A stretch of 64,000 nucleotides of DNA from a phage, in sequence record PV467749.1; one strand, written 5' to 3'. Both the position numbers and the translations under genes were made by a program. Under the pieces are notes generated by a model, which was not told the origin of the DNA, did no database searches, and saw only the letters and a list, made by a program, of their open reading frames with translations. Position 1 is the first letter of the stretch. Each line of letters opens with the position of its first letter. Below, one piece after another: positions 49,366 through 57,437 of this stretch.

Positions 49366-50583
49366 TTACTTGTTAGCTTTTTCAGCAATTTCACGAAGAG
49401 TATCTTCAAGTTCATGAGAGAGTTTTGCGATTTCAATCTTAGCACGCTCACGCTCTTCTTTACCTTTCTTCTCTTCAATCAGTACTGCTTCGATGCTATC
49501 GATCATTGTTTTGTGTACATTACGCAATGTTTTAATATCCACGATACCACGATTATTTGCTTTAGCAGCATCCAACATGTTAGTTGCTACCATTTTAGAG
49601 TTTACTTCGAGTAAACGGTTAGTTTCATTGTCAATCAGATTACCCAACTCATTGTCTTTACGTTGACGTTCGGAAATCAACTGTTCAGCCAATTGTGATT
49701 TCCATGCTGGAATAACAACTGATTTCAAATCCTCAAACTTAGAAACAGTGTTGAGGTTTACTTTCTTCATACTCATCAGGCGAGGACCGCTCAGTTCACA
49801 CATCATGATAAGACGACGAATCTTATCTTCCTGTTTAGAAAGAGCTTCACAAATCATCTTTTGCTCCTGGATTGCAAAAGAATCAACGTCAGGGTTCGCT
49901 TGCATTGCTACCAATTCAGCATCTTGTGCTTTGGTAACTTCTTCCAACTCAACTAACGTATCACGCAATTCAAAGAGATAGTTTTTGTTTTCGTTGTAAG
50001 CAGTGTCTAGCCATGCACATTCCCCATGCTGGCGGTTAATACCAACCTGAAGAGTGTTCATGATTTCATCAATTTGTTCTTTACTGTTTTTGTACTGATC
50101 GCCAACTTTCTGTTTAGCATTAACAAAAAGTTTTTTGACCCATCCTACGATTGATTTATCATCCTGTAGACTATCAATATCAACTGCACGAGTCAATGTC
50201 AAGATAGTAGTAATAGACTTACCGAATTCGGTATTATCATCAGTGACGTTAACTTTTGACATGATTTCATCAGCCAAACGTCCTACACCTGCCCCAGCAG
50301 TGGTTCCGATGGTATTAATATTCTGCACAGTTAACGCCATACTGTTGCCTTTAGTATCTTTCAGTACTGGAAGTGACTTGGACTGTTGTTCGAAGATATC
50401 AGTTGCGTCAATTGTGTGTGCTGCTGTTTTGGTAGTACGTTTGGCAGTTTTGGTTGCTTTGGCTTGTTTAACTGTTGCTTTTTTCGGATTGATTTCTTTC
50501 TCGGACATTGTGTATTCCTCAGTTAATTTAAGATAGTGTTGCTCAGTGATAAACATTCTACAGGCAACACTCAGTACTGTCAA
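49366..50583 (-). CDS. hypothetical coiled-coil protein
   Basis: 405-aa ORF with Lys/Thr-rich N-terminal region; start may be Met26. Confidence 0.5.
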   Translation of the reverse strand: MTVLSVACRMFITEQHYLKLTEEYTMSEKEINPKKATVKQAKATKTAKRTTKTAAHTIDATDIFEQQSKSLPVLKDTKGNSMALTVQNINTIGTTAGAGVGRLADEIMSKVNVTDDNTEFGKSITTILTLTRAVDIDSLQDDKSIVGWVKKLFVNAKQKVGDQYKNSKEQIDEIMNTLQVGINRQHGECAWLDTAYNENKNYLFELRDTLVELEEVTKAQDAELVAMQANPDVDSFAIQEQKMICEALSKQEDKIRRLIMMCELSGPRLMSMKKVNLNTVSKFEDLKSVVIPAWKSQLAEQLISERQRKDNELGNLIDNETNRLLEVNSKMVATNMLDAAKANNRGIVDIKTLRNVHKTMIDSIEAVLIEEKKGKEERERAKIEIAKLSHELEDTLREIAEKANK

Positions 50584-50591
50584 CTACTTTT

Positions 50592-51719
50592 TTACTCTTT
50601 ATTTCCATACGCTAGGTTGCGAATGATATTGGCAGTATCTTCATCGACTGCTTTACCAGTTTGTGCTTGTAAACGACCTATAATCAATGGGATAGTGATA
50701 GTTTGAATATCAATCATTCGGCTCATATCAATCTGATACTGCTTACTAACACCAACAATACTAGTTTCAGTCATTGCTGTTGAAATACCCATTTTCATAA
50801 TACGTTCAAGCGTTAGTTCATATTCAAATGGATCTTCCAAACGACGAATTGCATATTCACACCCAATCTTACCATACTCAAGTTCATTTTTGATTTCACG
50901 AACTTCATCACGAATTTCAGTGAATAAAGACGTAATACCACTAAACTTGTTAGTATCGTACTTCACGGCCTCATTCAATGCTTTCATTACTTTTGGCAAA
51001 TCAGATGGTTGAACTTTGATATCTGCTTTCCCAAACAACTTCTGTGCAAAGGTAGGTTTCAACGGGAATAACTTTTCCAGTGCTGTTGTAAGGTTACCCA
51101 TTAATAAACGGATATAATCACTGTGTTGTTGTAGTGCTGCGTTCAAATCCAATTGTCGCTCAGAGATCTTCTGAATCTTCATACCAACTTCTTGTGCACA
51201 TACTGGGAGGTTAACATACCAATCCAGTACTTTTACCGAATCTTTTTTAATTGTATCTGGGAATTCCATCCAACGTTCAATGTCAGCAACCATATCACAT
51301 TCAGGATCGATAGGTTTCTTCTTAAGAACAATAGGAGCCGGAACTTCTGGTGAAGTAGCTACTGCTGCCATGTTTGGACGAAGTTTGCCTTCCTTCCAGT
51401 CTCGGTACTCCTTCTCTAACGGAGGAATTGGGAGATCTGGAACGATTCTCACATTTGAGAAATGAATTTTATCTTTCATCAAATCCATTACCTTCAAACG
51501 GCGATTATCAAAATAGATCTCGTCGAGTGAAAGTGAACGGGTGTCGAAATGTGGATTTCCCAATGAATCGTATGTTCTGTCCACAACAATGGTATACATA
51601 TATTTTCGATTCGATGAACGATCATACTGTTTTAACAGTGAGTTAAGAACGTAGTTGAAGTTAAATTCTTTGATTTCAACTTCTTTGCCGTTGTCAATGA
51701 AAAAATATTTTCCTTTCAT
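50592..51719 (-). CDS. hypothetical protein
   Basis: 375-aa ORF. Confidence 0.5.
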   Translation of the reverse strand: MKGKYFFIDNGKEVEIKEFNFNYVLNSLLKQYDRSSNRKYMYTIVVDRTYDSLGNPHFDTRSLSLDEIYFDNRRLKVMDLMKDKIHFSNVRIVPDLPIPPLEKEYRDWKEGKLRPNMAAVATSPEVPAPIVLKKKPIDPECDMVADIERWMEFPDTIKKDSVKVLDWYVNLPVCAQEVGMKIQKISERQLDLNAALQQHSDYIRLLMGNLTTALEKLFPLKPTFAQKLFGKADIKVQPSDLPKVMKALNEAVKYDTNKFSGITSLFTEIRDEVREIKNELEYGKIGCEYAIRRLEDPFEYELTLERIMKMGISTAMTETSIVGVSKQYQIDMSRMIDIQTITIPLIIGRLQAQTGKAVDEDTANIIRNLAYGNKE

Positions 51720-51818
51720 TACTAACCTCTTAATTAATTAAAATTGATACGATACGTACATTCTACATACACACGATGTATTTGTCAAACCATTTTTTAA
51801 AGAAAAAAAGGACGCACC

Positions 51819-52637
51819 TTAGTGCATCCTTTTGTTACTCTTGTCCTTGTACCACACAAATGTTTTTACTGGTGGGTACTTTTCATTCTTTGGTGGTTCC
51901 GGCATATCATACACAGTTGCATTTCTGAATTTTAAAATGTATGAATCCATTAAACGAATTATACAATAGTTCATGCACTTTTGTGCACGTTCTTTCCAAA
52001 AATGTTTATATGGTTCTGGACACCCAAGATAATCCAATTTGTACATACCCATAGCAGCTTGCATAAAGCGTTGAGCAGAGAACTTACGCTTGTCTACCTT
52101 ACTAGCTCGATGCTGGTCACATGTCCAACTAGAGATACCAGGGAGATGACAGAATAAATCAAAACTCACCATACTATCAAAGTACTTGTTATGACCGTTC
52201 AACTCTCCATAAAATACCGCTTCGGAAACAGTTTCATATAGTGAGTAATTTGTATGTATATGTTCATTGTCAAATATAGCTTTTAGATCTTTGTAAGTTT
52301 CTGGTACTGGTGGCTCTGGTAAAACTTCACCGAACGTCTCTAAGCACCAAATCTTCCACAAGCCTTTCGTAAATTTTACTTCAAGTTCTTTATCGCTGTC
52401 AATATAAAAAGTTTTCTCATTGATAAAAACTTTTCGTGCCATGTATGCTTTGAATACCGCATCAGGGTCGATATCTTCACGCTTGATATCGTCCCATCCT
52501 TTACCGATTCGAGAAATTTCGAATCGTCTCATATACATCCTACATGCCAAATCTTTAGTTGTACTACGATGATACTTGTCGTCTTGGTGAAGTTTGGTAG
52601 TCTCATGGAGAGATTTAAGCATGTTTAAAATTCTCAT
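51819..52637 (-). CDS. hypothetical protein
   Basis: 272-aa ORF. Confidence 0.5.
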   Translation of the reverse strand: MRILNMLKSLHETTKLHQDDKYHRSTTKDLACRMYMRRFEISRIGKGWDDIKREDIDPDAVFKAYMARKVFINEKTFYIDSDKELEVKFTKGLWKIWCLETFGEVLPEPPVPETYKDLKAIFDNEHIHTNYSLYETVSEAVFYGELNGHNKYFDSMVSFDLFCHLPGISSWTCDQHRASKVDKRKFSAQRFMQAAMGMYKLDYLGCPEPYKHFWKERAQKCMNYCIIRLMDSYILKFRNATVYDMPEPPKNEKYPPVKTFVWYKDKSNKRMH

Positions 52638-53314
52638 CGTAACACCAAATACTTCCCATCTTTGCCTACTACATACTGATTACCACTACGTAGGACGCTA
52701 TAACTTTCACCTAGTACCGAACTTAAGCGAGATGTATCTACCTGTGTATCGTTCGATAGAAGCTGTTTTACGTATGCTTCTGACACAAAGCCACTACCAG
52801 TACTGTAATGTAATTTACCATATGCAGTGTTTAGTGCAAGCATGTGACCTTCTTTAACAACTGATACACCAGCAAAGTCTAAAAATTCACTGATGGATTT
52901 AGGAATACCCAAATCGATACGTTGTTGAATTTCATCAAAATCAACATCAATCGGATCATTCACACCATAAAGCTGAATCTTCCAGCCAGGATTTGGGCAA
53001 ATGTTTTCAATAGTTTTGATAAGACGAAGTAGGTTTTCTGGAAATTCCGCATCACGTTCCATTTCAACGAATACCTGATAACGACCATCCAGGTTAGGTG
53101 TTTCAGCAGCTTCAGTATCAACTGCATCAATTGGAGACTTCTCAATAAAAGATGACAGGTCATATGCAGCATCAAAGTTGTTTAGTACTTGAAACATAAC
53201 AACGATATTACTATCTTCAATCTTAGGAGTATATTCATCTACACTAATAATAGGATGAATCAAATCCTTTAGTACTTGTGGACGTAAACCTTGTTCATTT
53301 AGTTTCTTTTTCAT
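52634..53314 (-). CDS. hypothetical acidic protein
   Basis: 226-aa ORF downstream of clamp-loader region; identity not determinable. Confidence 0.5.
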   Translation of the reverse strand: MKKKLNEQGLRPQVLKDLIHPIISVDEYTPKIEDSNIVVMFQVLNNFDAAYDLSSFIEKSPIDAVDTEAAETPNLDGRYQVFVEMERDAEFPENLLRLIKTIENICPNPGWKIQLYGVNDPIDVDFDEIQQRIDLGIPKSISEFLDFAGVSVVKEGHMLALNTAYGKLHYSTGSGFVSEAYVKQLLSNDTQVDTSRLSSVLGESYSVLRSGNQYVVGKDGKYLVLR

Positions 53315-53877
53315 TGCATACCACCTTGTTGTACATCATCAGATACTTCTACATCTAAATCAACATCTTCACCAGTAATTGGTTCATCTGATGGTTCTTG
53401 TGCATTCATAGGATTACTATTGAACTCGGAAGCCATTAGTTTGTATTCATCAAAACTTTCAGGGTTGATTAGGTTTCTAGGAATTTGTACACGAACCAAT
53501 AGAACTGGAATTCGTTCATTTTTTGGAATACGAACAGAACCAGATTGCGTTGCCACACTCTTCATATCAGCCTGACGGTTAGGATCTTGAATAGGTGTAA
53601 TTTCATAATCTGCTTTCACATATACCTTAGTCCCGTGCTTCTCAAGAATTGAGAATGCAGTAGGGTCAGGGAAATTCTCACGATAGTATTTGAATGTCAC
53701 AGTACACCAGTACTTACTAACAATCGGACCTTCAACAAGTTCACCTTCGATGATACCATGATATGCGTACAAATCATTATCATCAAAATATTTTTCAACA
53801 GCCAGAAGTATATCTAGCATACCGCTGTTATCATACAACTGCTGGACTGCATTATCTGTATAATCTAAATCATCCAT
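53311..53877 (-). CDS. hypothetical protein with acidic C-terminal tail
   Basis: 188 aa ending EPSDEPITGEDVDLDVEVSDDV. Confidence 0.5.
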   Translation of the reverse strand: MDDLDYTDNAVQQLYDNSGMLDILLAVEKYFDDNDLYAYHGIIEGELVEGPIVSKYWCTVTFKYYRENFPDPTAFSILEKHGTKVYVKADYEITPIQDPNRQADMKSVATQSGSVRIPKNERIPVLLVRVQIPRNLINPESFDEYKLMASEFNSNPMNAQEPSDEPITGEDVDLDVEVSDDVQQGGMQ

Positions 53878-53929
53878 GTTTTATATTATCCTTAAAAAAC
53901 TAGCACATATAATACTATTTACTACTTTT

Positions 53930-53961
53930 AAAAAACAATAAAAGGGGATTAAATAATCCCC
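53930..53961 (-). terminator. rho-independent terminator
   Basis: Hairpin GGGGATT-AAAT-AATCCCC flanked by A/T runs. Confidence 0.55.
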
Positions 53962-53976
53962 ATTGTTTTTACTATA

Positions 53977-54603
53977 TTATTGGTAATATTTCGACAGTAC
54001 TGAATAGATTTTTAAACGTAGTTCATCCCAGTTGTTAACATAGTCATACCCATAACCATTTTTATACATATGATTGTGGGACGCTCGCATCATAACTGAT
54101 GGGATACCCAATTCCATTGATGTTTCAATATTATTGATATAATCATCAATCATCAGTTTTACGTCATATCGTTCTTTTAATTCTACTAGTGCTTCATGCT
54201 TAGATTCATTCATTTCAACAATGATGATTTCATCAAAACATGTCTCACCAAATACATGCATAAGATTAGTATTGCGAAGTACCTCGCTATAACCTTTCTT
54301 ACCACACTTAGTCAGTACTATGAATTTTTCCTTGTAAAAACGATCACGCAGTTCATGCATAATACTTACAGTGTTAGTTTCTACAGGTTTTAGTAATCCA
54401 AACATATACGAACGTTGATTGAATTCAGTAATGATCTCTTGAACTTTTTCTCGTGAAACACCAAACCATTCAGATAAATCGTATGCGAGTGGGTATGGTG
54501 TTGTTGGGTTGATATCATATTGGAGTTTTGCGTATTCTCCTAATGAACCAATGTGATCTAGTAGTACTTCATCACAGTCGAATACAATACAACGGTCTTT
54601 CAT
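53977..54603 (-). CDS. HAD-superfamily hydrolase, probable 5'(3')-deoxyribonucleotidase
   Basis: N-terminal VFDCDEVLLD matches DxDxVLxD nucleotidase motif. Confidence 0.5.
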   Translation of the reverse strand: MKDRCIVFDCDEVLLDHIGSLGEYAKLQYDINPTTPYPLAYDLSEWFGVSREKVQEIITEFNQRSYMFGLLKPVETNTVSIMHELRDRFYKEKFIVLTKCGKKGYSEVLRNTNLMHVFGETCFDEIIIVEMNESKHEALVELKERYDVKLMIDDYINNIETSMELGIPSVMMRASHNHMYKNGYGYDYVNNWDELRLKIYSVLSKYYQ

Positions 54604-55556
54604 TACATGTTCCCCGAACAGATTAGGTCAATCTCACACAGTAATGCACTGAGATTCATTTCACGGTCAGACACGGTAGCTTGTTTAACAACAGCGTCAC
54701 GAATCTTAACCTTAATTTTCATTAGAGTAATTTCATCAGTACTGAACATTTCTGCATTACGATACAGATAAGAGAAGAATGCATCCATCTCATCATCAGG
54801 AATGTTTTGCACGATCTGCTCACGCATTTGACGAATGTTACCAGCTTTTAGTGCATCAATAATGGCAGTACGATACCCAGCAGAGTTCTCAATACTGTCT
54901 TCAAGCTTTACAAGTTTACCATCGACTACTGAACTTTGCAATACGTTTAGCGTTTTGCGGAAATCAGGATATGAAGCATTGATGTATTTTTGTACTTGTT
55001 CAATACTTTCATCAGTACTTAGATCTACTCCTTCTGCCAATAGTACGTTGTAGATGCGTGACATGAATTGTTCCATATCATGCTTCTCAATGGTGATGAC
55101 CTGAACACGAGAGATAATAGGTTTCTGAATCTTATGTGGTTCATTACTGGTAAGAATGAAACGAGCATTTTCATGGTAATCTTCCATGACACGTTTCAAG
55201 CTACCCTGTGCTTTGTGGTTCATTTGTTCCATTTCTTCCAGAACAAATACACGATAACGACCAAAACATGATAGTTTTGCTGCTGCATCAATTTTGTCAC
55301 GAACAGCATCGATACCTTCATCTGACATATTCAGTGTTGTTACATCACTAGGGTCAAGGTGTCCGTTAGCTTCCAGACCATTCAGTAGTACTTTGATTGC
55401 TGAAGTTTTTCCTGTCCCTGCTGGTCCAAAAAATCCAATATGTGGGATATCACCAGTGCGAATCCATTCTTCCATCTTCTGACGTAGGGCTTCGTTCTTA
55501 GATACATAATCTTCCATAGTTTGTGGGCGGTATTTTTCAGTCCATAATGTAGTCAT
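54603..55556 (-). CDS. 44: clamp-loader ATPase subunit (T4 gp44-like)
   Basis: WTEKYRP, Walker A GPAGTGKTS, YPDFRKT matching T4 gp44 FPDFRKT. Confidence 0.8.
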   Translation of the reverse strand: MTTLWTEKYRPQTMEDYVSKNEALRQKMEEWIRTGDIPHIGFFGPAGTGKTSAIKVLLNGLEANGHLDPSDVTTLNMSDEGIDAVRDKIDAAAKLSCFGRYRVFVLEEMEQMNHKAQGSLKRVMEDYHENARFILTSNEPHKIQKPIISRVQVITIEKHDMEQFMSRIYNVLLAEGVDLSTDESIEQVQKYINASYPDFRKTLNVLQSSVVDGKLVKLEDSIENSAGYRTAIIDALKAGNIRQMREQIVQNIPDDEMDAFFSYLYRNAEMFSTDEITLMKIKVKIRDAVVKQATVSDREMNLSALLCEIDLICSGNM

Positions 55557-55582
55557 GTTTTATTTCCTTGTATATTAGGTGT

Positions 55583-55852
55583 TTATGAAATCCAATCTGC
55601 ATAATCATACAACAATGCAGTGAATAAGTCTTCTGTCATTTCAAGTTGATTAAACAAAAAATTAAATGAGTTTGCTTTGTTCTTCACACCCATTGCTTCG
55701 GCCTGGGCTGATACGATAAGTAAGTACTTAAACATATCATGAGAAACTTCATATACGTACTTCGTGTTAGTTCTATCTTCAAACATAAATCGTCCATTTT
55801 TAGAAACTAACGTAACGTCAGAAAAACTATATTTTCCATCATCAGTTATCAT
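55583..55852 (-). CDS. hypothetical protein
   Basis: 89-aa ORF. Confidence 0.4.
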   Translation of the reverse strand: MITDDGKYSFSDVTLVSKNGRFMFEDRTNTKYVYEVSHDMFKYLLIVSAQAEAMGVKNKANSFNFLFNQLEMTEDLFTALLYDYADWIS

Positions 55853-55908
55853 GTATTTTCATCCAAATAAAAAGCCCAGATAATATATCCGAGCTTTAGA
55901 TTTATGTT

Positions 55909-56235
55909 TTAACGACCAAATGTTTGAGCAGAGATGCGTGGATCATTGTCAGATACCAAACTTACTGCTGCTGGATAATCCACGAGATTCATTTTAATAC
56001 CATCAATCTCAATAGTTCTCGACCAACGACCGTGGTCAATTAGAATCCATTGTCCTTCTTTGATATCGGTAATGTCTTCACCAACAGAATATACTTTAGC
56101 CCAACGACAACGAATACCACGTATCTTACCATCATCACTTGTCAGTACAATACCACCTGCGGTTTTACGCTCACCATGTTCTAGTTCAGTTACAATAACT
56201 TTACCTTTACAAGCTGTCATTACTTTATTGGTCAT
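55909..56235 (-). CDS. GroES-like co-chaperonin (Cpn10 family)
   Basis: KVIVTELEHGERKTAGGIVLT matches GroES signature around TAGGIVL. Confidence 0.7.
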   Translation of the reverse strand: MTNKVMTACKGKVIVTELEHGERKTAGGIVLTSDDGKIRGIRCRWAKVYSVGEDITDIKEGQWILIDHGRWSRTIEIDGIKMNLVDYPAAVSLVSDNDPRISAQTFGR

Positions 56236-56238
56236 GAA

Positions 56239-56583
56239 TTACTCCTGATCTTTAGTTTTTGCTCGGCGTGGAGCTTTCTTCTCTTCAGATACTTCAACTT
56301 CTGGTTCTTGTGGTTGAACTTCAAAGCTTTCATCATCCCATACTTCTTCAGTACTATATTCAGCACTGTGAAGTTGGTGTTCAGGAATGAAATCAGGAAT
56401 TTGCATTTCACGTTCTTTTTCTTGGATTAGTTCTTCACGGGTTTTAATGACCGTACCACCTGAACCAATCTTATCACCACGAGCATTTAGGTTTGCATTA
56501 CCTAGTGCTACTTGGTGCTGGTTTTGATACTTTAGCATATCCATATCAATGGTGGTTCCACGATAAGTTGTGTGTTTTGACAT
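56239..56583 (-). CDS. hypothetical protein
   Basis: 114-aa ORF with acidic tail. Confidence 0.45.
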   Translation of the reverse strand: MSKHTTYRGTTIDMDMLKYQNQHQVALGNANLNARGDKIGSGGTVIKTREELIQEKEREMQIPDFIPEHQLHSAEYSTEEVWDDESFEVQPQEPEVEVSEEKKAPRRAKTKDQE

Positions 56584-56646
56584 ATAAAAATCCTTTTTCT
56601 ATGTGAGTGATATAACGCCTCAAACAACATTATATCACATGTTTTT

Positions 56647-57165
56647 CTACCATTTCAAAAATTCATTTACATCTAGTTTATACTTCAAAGAATCAACCAT
56701 ATGCAAATCAATCAGGAACAAACAATACGAAGCCACTGAACTACCACGCCCAAGACCCCAAAAAATATTGTGCTCTTCCATATAATCAACTAACCAGATC
56801 ATACATCTTAAAAGCTTAGTCATGTTGTAATGTTCAAACAAATCAATCTCATACATTACACGTTCACGGGCTTCATCCGATGTACATTTCTGTAAAAAGT
56901 ACTCACGCAAGTTGATGTTATCGTACACTGGATCATAACGCCATAGCTCATGGTTTTTATCATGTTCTATTGTATAATCCAGCATACGCTGTTCTAAACC
57001 AAATTTTTTACAATTATCGTTAAATTTCAATCGTTCCGGTTCATCAATCTCCTGTAGCTGTAAGTACTGAATATCTGCACCACAGTTGATTGCATACACG
57101 ACTGCATTAAGGTTACATTTTACATCACCATTGGGACTTATAAATCTGTTTCCTTGTACTTTCAT
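56647..57165 (-). CDS. hypothetical protein with DnaE-like segment
   Basis: LLRCMIWLVDYMEEHNIFWGLGRGSSVASYCLFLIDLHMVDSLKYKLDVNEFL parallels Pol III alpha YFLIVWDFI...[25 protein letters not shown]...FERFL. Confidence 0.45.
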   Translation of the reverse strand: MKVQGNRFISPNGDVKCNLNAVVYAINCGADIQYLQLQEIDEPERLKFNDNCKKFGLEQRMLDYTIEHDKNHELWRYDPVYDNINLREYFLQKCTSDEARERVMYEIDLFEHYNMTKLLRCMIWLVDYMEEHNIFWGLGRGSSVASYCLFLIDLHMVDSLKYKLDVNEFLKW

Positions 57166-57436
57166 TTTTCTTCTTCTGATCCTCTTCGTTATCCGTTAAG
57201 TAAGAGTTCATGTCAAATATACATGGGTCTTGCTCATCATAGGAGGTTTTTTCTTTTTGTCCCTGACGAATCTCTAATTCAGCATAGCACTGATTCAGAA
57301 CGGTTTGCATGTTACCAACAATCATATCACTCATACCTGCTGCACGAGCAGACGTAATACGCATCGATTGTTCGTTAATTTTCAATTGTAACTCTTTCTC
57401 GGTCATGGTTGATGGATCAAAAAATGGATTGAACAT
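57125..57436 (-). CDS. hypothetical protein
   Basis: 103-aa ORF. Confidence 0.4.
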   Translation of the reverse strand: MFNPFFDPSTMTEKELQLKINEQSMRITSARAAGMSDMIVGNMQTVLNQCYAELEIRQGQKEKTSYDEQDPCIFDMNSYLTDNEEDQKKKNESTRKQIYKSQW

Positions 57437-57437
57437 A

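Noticed and set aside
52634-53314. Possible sliding clamp (gp45) or clamp-loader small subunit (gp62) assignment for the 226-aa and 188-aa proteins downstream of gp44
   Set aside because: Sizes are suggestive, but I can find no sequence match to T4 gp45 or gp62 and the gene order differs from T4; left as hypothetical.
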